A stretch of 63,422 bases of DNA, counting the filler, from Octopus bimaculoides (taxonomy: Eukaryota), in assembly GCF_001194135.2 (NCBI RefSeq). It is 3 parts of 3 records of this genome, joined end to end, with 100 filler letters (N's around TTAATTAATTAA, not from the genome) between each part and the next. Parts side by side here need not be neighbours in the genome. Positions count along the whole stretch, not along the records: positions 41,531 to 63,422 come from NC_068997.1; 2 more parts are not named here. One strand, given 5' to 3'. Positions 52,423-63,422 of the stretch are shown here, piece by piece; positions within the stretch are counted from its first letter, which is position 1, and every line of letters starts with the position of its first letter. Below the pieces are notes generated by a model, which was not told where the DNA came from, ran no database searches, and saw nothing but the letters and a program-made list of their open reading frames with translations. Both the position numbers and the translations under genes were made by a program.

Positions 52423-53251
52423 GCATACACATATGTATAAATTTACATATATATGTAAACATATACATATACGTAGTATGTGTACGTGTGTGTATATGTG
52501 TGTGTGTGGGAGATTGTGTTTGTGTGCGTGCGCGTGTATGTATGCTTATATGCATGTTTGTTTCTGGAAATGCACTTAATAATTATAATTTCATGCGTAA
52601 ATGTTTATATGAGAGCATCTTTCAGTGCCTCTAAATGAGATCAACATATGCAAATACATGCATACGCACAAAGATTATATATAGTATATCACACACACAC
52701 ACACACACACATATATCTACAAATGTTTGTGTGTGTGTGTGGGTGTAGGTGGGTGTGTGTGTACGTGCATGTAGGTATGGGTGCGCGCGATTGTGTATGA
52801 TATATATATATATNNNNNNNNNNNNNNNNNNNNNNNNNNNNNNNNNNNNNNNNNNNNNNNNNNNNNNNNNNNNNNNNNNNNNNNNNNNNNNNNNNNNNNN
52901 NNNNNNNNNNNNNNNNNNNNNNNNNNNNNNNNNNNNNNNNNNNNNNNNNNNNNNNNNNNNNNNNNNNNNNNNNNNNNNNNNNNNNNNNNNNNNNNNNNNN
53001 NNNNNNNNNNNNNNNNNNNNNNNNNNNNNNNNNNNNNNNNNNNNNNNNNNNNNNNNNNNNNNNNNNNNNNNNNNNNNNNNNNNNNNNNNNNNNNNNNNNN
53101 NNNNNNNNNNNNNNNNNNNNNNNNNNNNNNNNNNNNNNATATGTATATATATATATATGTATATATATGTATATATATATGTATATATTTATATATATAT
53201 ATATACATATATATGTATATATATATATATGTGTTTGTATGTATATATATA

Positions 53252-53660
53252 TACTCTTTTACTCTTTTACTTGTTTCAGTCATTTGACTGCGGCCATGCT
53301 GGAGCACCGCCTTTTAGTCGAAGAAATCGACCCCGGGACTTATTTTTTGTAAGTCTAGTACTTATTCTATCGGTCTCTTTTGCCGAACCACTAAGTGACG
53401 GGGACATAAACACACCAGCATCAGCTGTCAAGCAATGCTAGGGTGGACAAACACAGACACACAAACACACACACATACATATATATATATATACATATAA
53501 AGGACGGGCTTCTTTCAGTTTCCGTCTACCAAATCCACTCACAAGGCTTTGGTTGGCCCGAGGCTATAGTAGAAGACATTTGCCCAAGATGCCAAGCAGT
53601 GGGACTGAACCCGGAACCATGTGGTTGGTAAGCAAGCTACTTACCACACAGCCACTCATA
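53252..53660 (-). mobile_element. Family-A SINE, full length
   Basis: Reverse complement of family A. Confidence 0.9.
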
Positions 53661-53959
53661 CTACACATCCAAGAAATGCATGAAGCTTACTGGGGTCACA
53701 GCTTGTAAAGGATTGTGGTTTATTTCTAAATTATTTGTCTTTTATCGACTAAATCTATGACTAGAGGACTGTGTCAATGAAATAGATACCAGCTGAACAC
53801 AAGGGTCGGTGAAATCGATTATCTTCCTCTCCCGAAATTGCTGGCCTTGTGCCAAAATTTGAAACCATTAATCCTAAAAGATCTGAATATGAATAAGAAA
53901 ATAATGGGCATCGATGCACTGGCTGTCCTGTAATGCGTTTATAATTTCAATGTTGGTTT

Positions 53960-54170
53960 CAAATTTTGGCACAAGGCTAGAAAGTTCGGGAGAGAATGTA
54001 ATCGATTATATGGACCCCAGTATTCAACAGGTACTTACTTTATCGACTCTGAAAAGATTAAAGACAAAGTTAACCTTGGCGAAATTTGAACTCAAGACGT
54101 ACAAACAGACGAAATACCGCAAAGCATTTTTCCCGGTAGGCTAACGATTCTGCCAGCTCACCGCTTTTGT
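53960..54170 (-). mobile_element. Family-B SINE
   Basis: Reverse complement of family-B body and head. Confidence 0.75.
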
Positions 54171-54831
54171 TTATAACTTTAATATTCTCAACAGGACGGT
54201 AAGTGAATTAGAAAAACTACAGTTGCATTCATTAAGTAATAACAGACAGTATATCGTGGGGACCTCCCTGGTTTATGCGATCTTATATCTCCCTATCGGG
54301 CCTACAGTTTCCACTTAATCTTGTCTATTTGAATAAATTTTCAAAAAAATTTGGAATATTTTGGCAAGTGTCCAAATTTTCTTAATTTGAACGTGAACAA
54401 GAGGAGAGAGGAGGAGGCGTCAGACGACGAAAAACGGGCAGAGCCTCCACGGTACGTTTACTCGTTTTGCGTAAAGAATACTATTACATTACTCTAGATC
54501 TGTATCGAGGGCTATTATTATATTTTGTTATTTTTGATATCATTTATCAAACATGATTCAAGTACGCACGTACACACACACACATGCACACACACTTACA
54601 CGCATGCTTATACATCACTGTAGATGCATGCGCGTGCGTGTGTGTGTGTGTGTGTGTGTGCGTGTGTGTGTATGTGTGTGTGTGGATGGGGTGGGGTGTG
54701 CGATATGATATGTGATAAGTTTACATATACGATGCTCCTTGAGAACCTGTTTCCAAACAAGTTCAAAGGTTTGCACAATACAGATTAATCATTCTGTAAC
54801 ATATATACCTACGTGTACGTGTGTCTATATT

Positions 54832-54894
<63 letters not shown>

Positions 54895-55007
54895 GTCTGT
54901 CTGTCTGTCTGTCTGTCTGTCAGTAGATACATACACAACACACACACGCACACATACATGTATATATATATGTGTGCGTGTATGTGTATATATACATTAA
55001 ATAAATA

Positions 55008-55049
<42 letters not shown>

Positions 55050-55349
55050 GGAGTAAGCACATGAAAGTATATATATATATATATATATATATATTTTAAC
55101 CGCTAACACTTGCAATCACTGGACGGCGTCCATGCAGGGTTATCACCTCAAGTTAGTCTTAGCTGATCATGTCGTCTTCAGTACATATTATATCGGTCTA
55201 TATACTACTGATTGGTTAAAGTTATCCTTCTGGAATGGGTAACGGTCTTACATTAAACAGCGATGTTATGTCCAAACGCGCACAGCTATACACATGCACA
55301 CACATTCAAGTACACGCATTACAGGTCATGCATACAAATAAATTGATAA

Positions 55350-55371
55350 GCAGGTATAGATAGATAGATTT

Positions 55372-55403
<32 letters not shown>

Positions 55404-55467
55404 TATAGATAGATAGATAGATAGATAGATTTGATAGATAGATAGATAGATAGATTTGATAGATAGT

Positions 55468-55510
<43 letters not shown>

Positions 55511-55511
55511 G

Positions 55512-55560
<49 letters not shown>

Positions 55561-55690
55561 TGGTTGGTACGTGGGTAAGTAGGTAGATAGGTAGGTAGGT
55601 AGGTAGGTAGGTAGGTAGGTAGGTAGGTAGGTATGGGGGGAGGAAGGGAGGGAGGTAGGTAGGTAGGGAGGTAATTAGATAGGGAGGCAG
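55350..55690. repeat. (TAGA)n/(TAGG)n tetranucleotide microsatellite
   Basis: Read directly. Confidence 0.95.
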
Positions 55691-55739
55691 GTAGGCAGAT
55701 AGTTGCGAACAAGAGGCCAGGATAACGCATGTAGGACTC

Positions 55740-56155
55740 AAAAGAGATCTAAGGGAAACTGTTACGATCCAGAAGGTCAATGACAATGACCTTTTTATGT
55801 GCGCAGTTTCTGAGTTTGTGACAGACCATGTTTGTCTTTGCTGGGTTCAAATCTCATTTGCGAACCCATGGAAAACGAACCACCACCAACTATTCTGCCT
55901 ATATACCTGTGCACACATTTGAATGCAGTATATGCCAGAAGGTTTGCAAATGCAACGGAAGCCTCAAAAGACATTTTAAGATTTACAGAGGTCATAACTT
56001 ATCGGTAAACTTGGTGGTCCGAATCGGATGTGCAATCTATGTGGGTATCTTTTCAGAACGTTGTCTGGTTTAAAAAGCCACATCAGATGCCATGATGGTT
56101 CTAAGGTGTAGGTACAGGAGGTGGTCAGACTCTTCATAAGGAGTAGACAACCACC
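55740..56155 (+). mobile_element. RTE-like LINE 3' end with three C2H2 zinc-finger motifs, terminal stem-loop and (TA)n tail
   Basis: Fingers: frameshifted C..C..AGFKSHLRTH; CSICQKVCKCNGSLKRHFKIY; intact CNLCGYLFRTLSGLKSHIRCH then TAG 56109-56111. Hairpin GGTGGT...ACCACC at 56120-56155 directly followed by (TA)n. RTE class is inferred. Confidence 0.6.
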
Positions 56156-56742
56156 ATATATATATATATATANNNNNNNNNNNNNNNNNNNNNNNNNNNN
56201 NNNNNNNNNNNNNNNNNNNNNNNNNNNNNNNNNNNNNNNNNNNNNNNNNNNNNNNNNNNNNNNNNNNNNNNNNNNNNNNNNNNNNNNNNNNNNNNNNNNN
56301 NNNNNNNNNNNNNNNNNNNNNNNNNNNNNNNNNNNNNNNNNNNNNNNNNNNNNNNNNNNNNNNNNNNNNNNNNNNNNNNNNNNNNNNNNNNNNNNNNNNN
56401 NNNNNNNNNNNNNNNNNNNNNNNNNNNNNNNNNNNNNNNNNNNNNNNNNNNNNNNNNNNNNNNNNNNNNNNNNNNNNNNNNNNNNNNNNNNNNNNNNNNN
56501 NNNNNNNNNNNNNNNNNNNNNNNNNNNNNNNNNNNNNNNNNNNNNNNNNNNNNNNNNNNNNNNNNNNNNNNNNNNNNNNNNNNNNNNNNNNNNNNNNNNN
56601 NNNNNNNNNNNNNNNNNNNNNNNNNNNNNNNNNNNNNNNNNNNNNNNNNNNNNNNNNNNNNNNNNNNNNNNNNNNNNNNNNNNNNNNNNNNNNNNNNNNN
56701 NNNNNNNNNNNNNNNNNNNNNNNNNNNNNNNNNNNNNNNNNN

Positions 56743-56790
<48 letters not shown>

Positions 56791-57146
56791 TACACATATA
56801 TATATACATATACCTACATATACATATTAGCACACCATATTGCACACATATACACGTAGAAACAGAACAAAATCACAGACACCAGACAGACGCTAGTATG
56901 TAACACTTTATGCCTATATTTGGCCATGGACTTATGAAGAACCAAAGAAAGACGTCTCTAAAGCTTCTGGTTGACTCACACAGACTTTCAGACGTGTTAG
57001 ACATAGATGCAGTCATTCTTGAGATGTACATCAGCAAACACTACATACAGAGAACTCCCGCCTCATATACACACATATATATATGAGTCTATGTGCGCGT
57101 CTATGTACTTACAACATACGTACACATATATATCTGTGTGTGTGTG

Positions 57147-57194
<48 letters not shown>

Positions 57195-57796
57195 TATGTA
57201 TGTATGTATATACAAACAAACATATACATTTAGATATATACTTACAAATATGTATGTCTGTGTGTGTGTGTGAATAATATTACTTACATACATAGACGCA
57301 TGCACACGTACATGCACGTACACGCACACACATATATACTAGCGGCATTATCAATATCGTGCAAGTACGAAATATACACACATACACTCACACACGCACG
57401 CACGCCCACACACGCACACGTATGCATGTATGTATGTATGTTTGTATAGGTATGATTCCACACAAAAAGTACATACACATACATATAAAATGGCGTCCGT
57501 TTGTAATTGTTTCTCTATTTTTATTCTGTTATGATCGTATCTGTTAGACTAAGCCGACATTTTCTAATGTCATAAAACGCGTATATCAACATACATACAT
57601 ACATACATACCGACTACATTATTCTCACATCTTACATACACGCTTACACTCACACATACATAGACATATACACAGACATACATACATACACACGGGTAAA
57701 GCACGGAGGTGAGATGTCCGAGTGGTTAATCTTTAATGAATTATTACCCAAATCGTTTAAAATATACACTGTGTGATAAATATTTTGTTGTTTCTA

Positions 57797-58040
57797 GGCG
57801 CGTGGCTTAGTGGTTAGGGTATTGGATTGACCATCGTAAGATCGTGGTTTCGCTTCCTGAACAAGGTGACGTGTTGTGTTCTTGAGCCAAACGCTTTTTT
57901 TTCACGTTTTTTTTAGTCCACTCAGCTGGCAAAAATTAGCAATCCTGCGGAAGAATGTCGTCCCGTCCAGGAGGGGAATATATACGCTATGGAAACCGAT
58001 AAACCGGCTGCTATGAGTCGGCATGTCTCGAGAACTTAAA
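57797..58040 (+). mobile_element. Degenerate tRNA-derived SINE with a different 3' module
   Basis: A box TGGCTTAGTGGTTAGG, B-box-like GGTTTCGCTTCC, CORE-like TTGAGC.AAAC; head shared with 61634. Confidence 0.65.
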
Positions 58041-58454
58041 ATGGAACGAAATTCGTAACTTTTGGATTTGACACCAGATTAATCCGGCATAGCTACTCGT
58101 GATGGACTGATATCCTATGCATACCCAGGGGTGGTGATGTTTTTTTTATTCTTCCTTCGCATTTAAGAAGGGCTGAGAAACCTTTATTTCTGAAAAAAAG
58201 GGGAAATGTCCTTAAGAGATGCAGAAGTTTGTCCCTGTTTGCTATGAAGAATGACGATAATCTGGAGACTGTTATAAAGGATTATGCTATGTGCGTGTGC
58301 ATGTTTGTGTATGTGTGTCTGTTCGTGTATCTGTGCATGTGTGTATAAATACACGCATGCATTCACGTATACATATATATATATATACATACATACACAT
58401 ATATACATATATAGGTACATATGTATGTATACATGATTACGCATACTTAATTAC

Positions 58455-58605
58455 ATGATGGCAGCAACTCGCTTACGAAGAAATCGACGCCAGGATTTAG
58501 TCTTTTAAGCCTAGTACTTATTCTATCGATCCCTTTTGCCGAACTGCTAAGTTACAGGGACGTAAACACACCAACATCGGTTGTCAAGCGATGGTGAGGG
58601 CAAAT

Positions 58606-58642
<37 letters not shown>

Positions 58643-58720
58643 CGACGAGCTTCTTTTGGTTTCCGTCTACCAAATACTGTCACAAGGCTATGGTAAAAGA
58701 CACTTGCTCAAGGTGCCACG
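58455..58720 (-). mobile_element. Family-A SINE, partial and diverged
   Basis: Reverse complement of the central and 3' part of family A. Confidence 0.8.
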
Positions 58721-59435
58721 TTAAAAATTCTCAAGCTACAGCTTCATAATTAGCTCAGGTTTTTGAGAAAGGCCATAGCGAATTAGAAATTCACCTAGGG
58801 ATCCAATAGGTGTCACTGATAATTTATTTCCACATTTATTGTAAGTCATATTTCTTTCACGGTAAACTGCAGTGAAATTGCTTTTAGAATTTAAAATATC
58901 TAACAAACATATCTGAACTAAGCTAAACTTTGTTTATTTCTCATCGTTGTTTTAAGGTATTACTTATGTATATATCTAGGCCTAAGTATTTCTGATTCAG
59001 GCCTCAAGCCAGCAAGCTTGTGAGGAAAGCATAAGTCGATACCATGGATCTTAGTACTTCATTGGTATTTTCCCCGAAGGAAAGAAAGGCAAATTTACCG
59101 TAAGAAATATTACAAGAGATATTTCCACTGAGCTTATGTATCAGCCGGCTTTAATCAGCCGTCTTTAGTCACCGACTAAAGACGACATTAAAAAAACCCA
59201 AAAAACAATAATAATCCCCTGAACAATTTTTAGTTCAAAATCTGGCCACTCCAAAACCTATCTTCTTTCACGTGTGCTTTATTAGAAGGGAATATTACGT
59301 AGACGATAAGGACAATCAAAAACTATTATAACAGCGGTCGAGGGAAAGCATTGCAGGGTGCAGAGAGCCTTGATTTTTCGACACTACCATAGGTTTCATG
59401 CGTTCACAATTTTCAAGTTTTCCACTTAAACAATT

Positions 59436-59496
59436 ATGGTAATCTGTCTCCATTTTGGATTTTGCTATCGAATCTAAAATGGAGACGGATGACCAT
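59436..59496 (+). ncRNA. Pre-miRNA-like hairpin
   Basis: 26-bp stem (one A.G mismatch, two G.U pairs) and 9-nt loop; 22-nt arms 59440-59461 and 59473-59494 would give 2-nt 3' overhangs. No expression data; no known family recognised. Confidence 0.4.
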
Positions 59497-59591
59497 CAAG
59501 GTAGCTTATATATGTGCCTGTAAGCGCTTATATATAATATATGTGTGCGTGTGTATGTATACATATATATATAATATATGTGTGTGTATGC

Positions 59592-59650
<59 letters not shown>

Positions 59651-59935
59651 GCGAGAGAGAGAGGGGCATGTATGTATGTAGACACGAAAGTGTTCATCCG
59701 TCTCTGTAATGGTGGTGTTGTTATATTATGATTTTATTTATTTATATTCAATACACACCTACATATTTGCGTATATAGCCTATGTAGGTTTATGTATATA
59801 TACATTCACATTGCGCGTATATCTTATGTGTATATGTGTCTATGTGTGTGTGTATGCATGTATATGCATACATATATAAATGTATGTATATGTACGATTT
59901 ATGTAGGTGTATATGTATGTTTGTATATTTGTGTG

Positions 59936-59968
<33 letters not shown>

Positions 59969-60534
59969 NNNNNNNNNNNNNNNNNNNNNNNNNNNNNNNN
60001 NNNNNNNNNNNNNNNNNNNNNNNNNNNNNNNNNNNNNNNNNNNNNNNNNNNNNNNNNNNNNNNNNNNNNNNNNNNNNNNNNNNNNNNNNNNNNNNNNNNN
60101 NNNNNNNNNNNNNNNNNNNNNNNNNNNNNNNNNNNNNNNNNNNNNNNNNNNNNNNNNNNNNNNNNNNNNNNNNNNNNNNNNNNNNNNNNNNNNNNNNNNN
60201 NNNNNNNNNNNNNNNNNNNNNNNNNNNNNNNNNNNNNNNNNNNNNNNNNNNNNNNNNNNNNNNNNNNNNNNNNNNNNNNNNNNNNNNNNNNNNNNNNNNN
60301 NNNNNNNNNNNNNNNNNNNNNNNNNNNNNNNNNNNNNNNNNNNNNNNNNNNNNNNNNNNNNNNNNNNNNNNNNNNNNNNNNNNNNNNNNNNNNNNNNNNN
60401 NNNNNNNNNNNNNNNNNNNNNNNNNNNNNNNNNNNNNNNNNNNNNNNNNNNNNNNNNNNNNNNGTATGTGTGTGTGTGTGTGTGTGTATTTGTGTGCGTA
60501 TATATGAGTGTGCTTGTGCATGTGCGTGCGTGCA

Positions 60535-60577
<43 letters not shown>

Positions 60578-60779
60578 GTTTGTGTATGTCCACCAAACAA
60601 ATGCCTCCATGTTGTTTGTTTTTAGTCTACATTTACAAGACAAGCGCGCGCATACATTGGGTGTACAGAACGGGGTGAATGAAAGTTTGAAACCCTAAGA
60701 GATAATCTATTGTCAATATGATGGATGATACAGGCTCGGCTTGCTCTGCTCCTCACACTCATCCCCTCGCACTTCCTCC

Positions 60780-61097
60780 TACACCTAATGTCAATGTTGG
60801 TTGTTGTTGCGATGATGATGCTGATAGTGGTGGTGATGTTGGTTTGGTGGCGGTGGTGGTGGCGGTGAGGATGTTAGTGTTAGGTATAGTAGTTTGTTGG
60901 TGTTCGTTGTAGTAGTGTTGGTAGTAGTAGTAGTTGTGGTGGTGGTGGTGGTGGTGGTGGTGGTGATTGTGGTGGTGGTGGTGGTAGTGGTANNNNNNNN
61001 NNNNNNNNNNNNNNNNNNNNNNNNNNNNNNNNNNNNNNNNNNNNNNNNNNNNNNNNNNNNNNNNNNNNNNNNNNNNNNNNNNNNNGTAGTTATGTTG

Positions 61098-61129
<32 letters not shown>

Positions 61130-61490
61130 GGTGTGGTGGTGTCGGTAGTGGGTGTGACGGTAGTGGTTGTGGTTTTTGTTGTTAAAAAATAATGTTGATT
61201 GTTGTTTTTGTTGTTATTGTGGTGGTGGTGGTGGTAGTTGTAGGTGTGTTAGTAATGATAGTTTTGGTCGTAGTAGTGAGTGTGGTGATGTATTGGTTGT
61301 AGTAGTAAGTGTACTGATGTGTTGGTTGTAGTAGTGGTGGTGGCGGTGGTGGTGGCAGCGGCGGCAGTGGTGGTGACGGCGGTGGTTGTCGTGGTGGCAG
61401 TGGTTTGGTGGTCGTGATGCTGCTGCTGCTGCTGTTGCTGCTGGCGTTGGTGCTGGTGCTGATGGGTGTGGTCGTTGTCGCTGCCTTAGA
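60780..61490. repeat. Degenerate (GGT/GTT/GTA)n trinucleotide tract with gap
   Basis: Read directly; source of the poly-V/poly-T ORFs. Confidence 0.9.
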
Positions 61491-61633
61491 TGCTCTTTCT
61501 ATCATTGTTTAGCCCCAGGTCAATCTTGTTGGAGCTAACATTTGATCAAAGAAGAAGGCGAACACCAGAGTCGTTACACCCTCTTATAGAATACCTGTTT
61601 ATTTTGGTTTCTCTTTGCTCTGCTCTGAGTTCA

Positions 61634-61915
61634 GTGAAGGCGCCTGGCTTAGTGAATAGTGTATTCGGCTCACGATAGTAAGGTCCTGAGTTTGATTCAT
61701 AGTGGCGCGTTGTCTCCTTGAGCAAAACATTTTATTTCACGTTGCTCCGGTCCATTCAGCTGGCAAAAATTAATTGTACCGGTATTTCAATGGGTCAGCC
61801 TTGTCACATTCAGTGTGCCATGCTGAATCTTCCTGAGAACTACGTTAAGGGTACGTGTATCTATGGAGTGCTCAGCCACTTTCACGTTAATTTCACGAGC
61901 AAGCTATTCCGTTAA
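61634..61915 (+). mobile_element. Degenerate tRNA-derived SINE (family-C 3' module) followed by a partial duplicate of its tail (~61965-62035)
   Basis: Head like 57797, tail like 28400-28478. Confidence 0.7.
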
Positions 61916-62259
61916 CCGACAGAGTACCAGCAGTAATGAAAAAACAATAAAAAACAAAAAAGAACAAGGTACGCGTGTTAGTGGAGTGCTCAACCAGTTA
62001 CCAGTTAATTTCACGAGTAGGATGTTCCGTGGATTGATAAATAAACTAAGCCATATGTCATCGCTCAAGAAATATGATACAAGACAAAAACATCATGAGA
62101 ATTGAACCATGCATCTAGATAAGTTGCTTAACTGTCACAAAAGATCCATTGGATGAAAGACTTTCGGTTCCTCAGTAGACGGTCCTGAAGAACTACGTTT
62201 TCAGAAGTCATAGAGACAGTAACATAAATAACCAATATAGTCCTCTGTTAAACAAAAAA

Positions 62260-62785
62260 AATAGGGGATGTATTATCTATTAATAGGAAAGCCATGTTAA
62301 AAAAAGTCACACACACAAAGACAAAATTAGCTCATACTTTGACAGCCATGTTGGACCAACACTAGTAGTGTATTATTTCTTCGTTTGAAGGTTGTTTTGT
62401 ACCAACAAAAGGGATATATCATCTCTTATTTTGAAAGTCTTATTGGAACGCAAATATTGTGTTATCTTTTACTTGGAAGGTCACGCTGGAAAAACAAAAT
62501 TATATATTAGCATTTATTTTGGATGCCGATAAAATGGTGTATTACCTCTTTCATTGAAGGCTGTTTTGAATCAGCAAAGTGGTATACTATTTCGTACTTT
62601 TGGTGTCATGTTGAACCAATAAAAGTGATATATTATCTCTTAATGTGAAAGCCATTTTGAACAAGCAAATGTGGTATAATATCCCTTATTTTGAAAGCTA
62701 TGTTAGACTAACTAAAGTGGTATATTATACCTGATATTGAAGGTTATGTTGAATTAACAAAAGTGGTATGATATCTCGTACCGTA
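62260..62785. repeat. Degenerate ~45-bp minisatellite, about 12 units (AAAGTGGTATATTATCTCTTATTTTGAAAGCCATGTTGAACCAAC-like)
   Basis: Periodic units read by eye. Confidence 0.75.
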
Positions 62786-63381
62786 AGACTAGGCTTGGTA
62801 ATAAGAATAAAACCCCAAATGTCTAAAATGGAAAGCACGACTAATGCAGAGTATGTAGAGCTAACCTGCGAAGATGTGACCCATATTTTAACAAAAATGT
62901 TATTACGACACCACGTACCTGTGAGATACGATGTCGGGACCAAGACATTATAGGAGAAAATTTGCACAAAGGATAGTTCAGTAGATGAAACTTTAGGATG
63001 ATGTGCAGAACTTAATTATACTGAATATGAAAGAACACTGGCGGAAATTTCCCGTTAGACTCCAGTAAAATCTGGAATAAGATCACACCAAACATTGGTC
63101 TGGACAATGTTCTCTATGTGGCCTGTGTGTTTCTGTACTCTGTTTATCATTTTGTCCACGTTTTTTTGCAACGTCCTGTACACAGATATGCATCTATATA
63201 TACAGGTAGATGTAGGTATGTACATACATGTACGTATATATACATATACTCATATTTGTATTATATATATATATATATATATATACATATATATATGTAT
63301 GTATATATATGTATATATACACACATATATATATACACATACATACATACATACATACATTCATATATATATATGTATATT

Positions 63382-63422
<41 letters not shown>

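Noticed and set aside
55828-56073. Host C2H2 zinc-finger gene
   Set aside because: Frameshifts, no TGEKP linkers, and retroelement-type terminal hairpin and (TA)n tail.

Overview
AT-rich, microsatellite-dense metazoan genomic DNA with many N gaps. The repeat families look like an octopus (cephalopod) short-read assembly, but species is an inference. The only clear gene is the 3' end of the kinesin-3 motor unc-104 (KIF1A/KIF1B-type) on +: four exons encode the C-terminal PH domain (1455-1686, 3337-3456, 4032-4150, 4762-4801; ends ...IRSKLSRRKQSVKI*). There is also a candidate 48-nt in-frame cassette exon (84-131) and a transposon-poor ~10 kb putative 3' UTR. The rest is decayed mobile DNA: three R4/Dong-like retrotransposon fragments in (TAA)n arrays, three L1/Tx1-like fragments, an RTE-like 3' end with three C2H2 fingers, a Tc1/mariner fragment and a MITE, Penelope-type hammerhead remnants and many tRNA-derived SINEs. 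The best 'system' candidate is a TAA-targeted pair: Dong-like LINEs and a ~555-bp non-coding element (called E here). The first 68 nt of E occur as 3.5 tandem copies capping the 5' end of a Dong-like copy, and both element types repeatedly abut the (ATT)n tails of other retroelements in antisense orientation. Other leads are a pre-miRNA-like hairpin (59436-59496), a UGCAUG-rich minisatellite in the putative kinesin UTR and a degenerate minimal hammerhead (43235-43282). Two synthetic 100-bp spacers (N44-TTAATTAATTAA-N44) and an Illumina adapter remnant show the window is three joined pieces, so adjacency across 21.4 kb and 41.4 kb is unverified. Most ORFs in the supplied track are microsatellite or gap artefacts.
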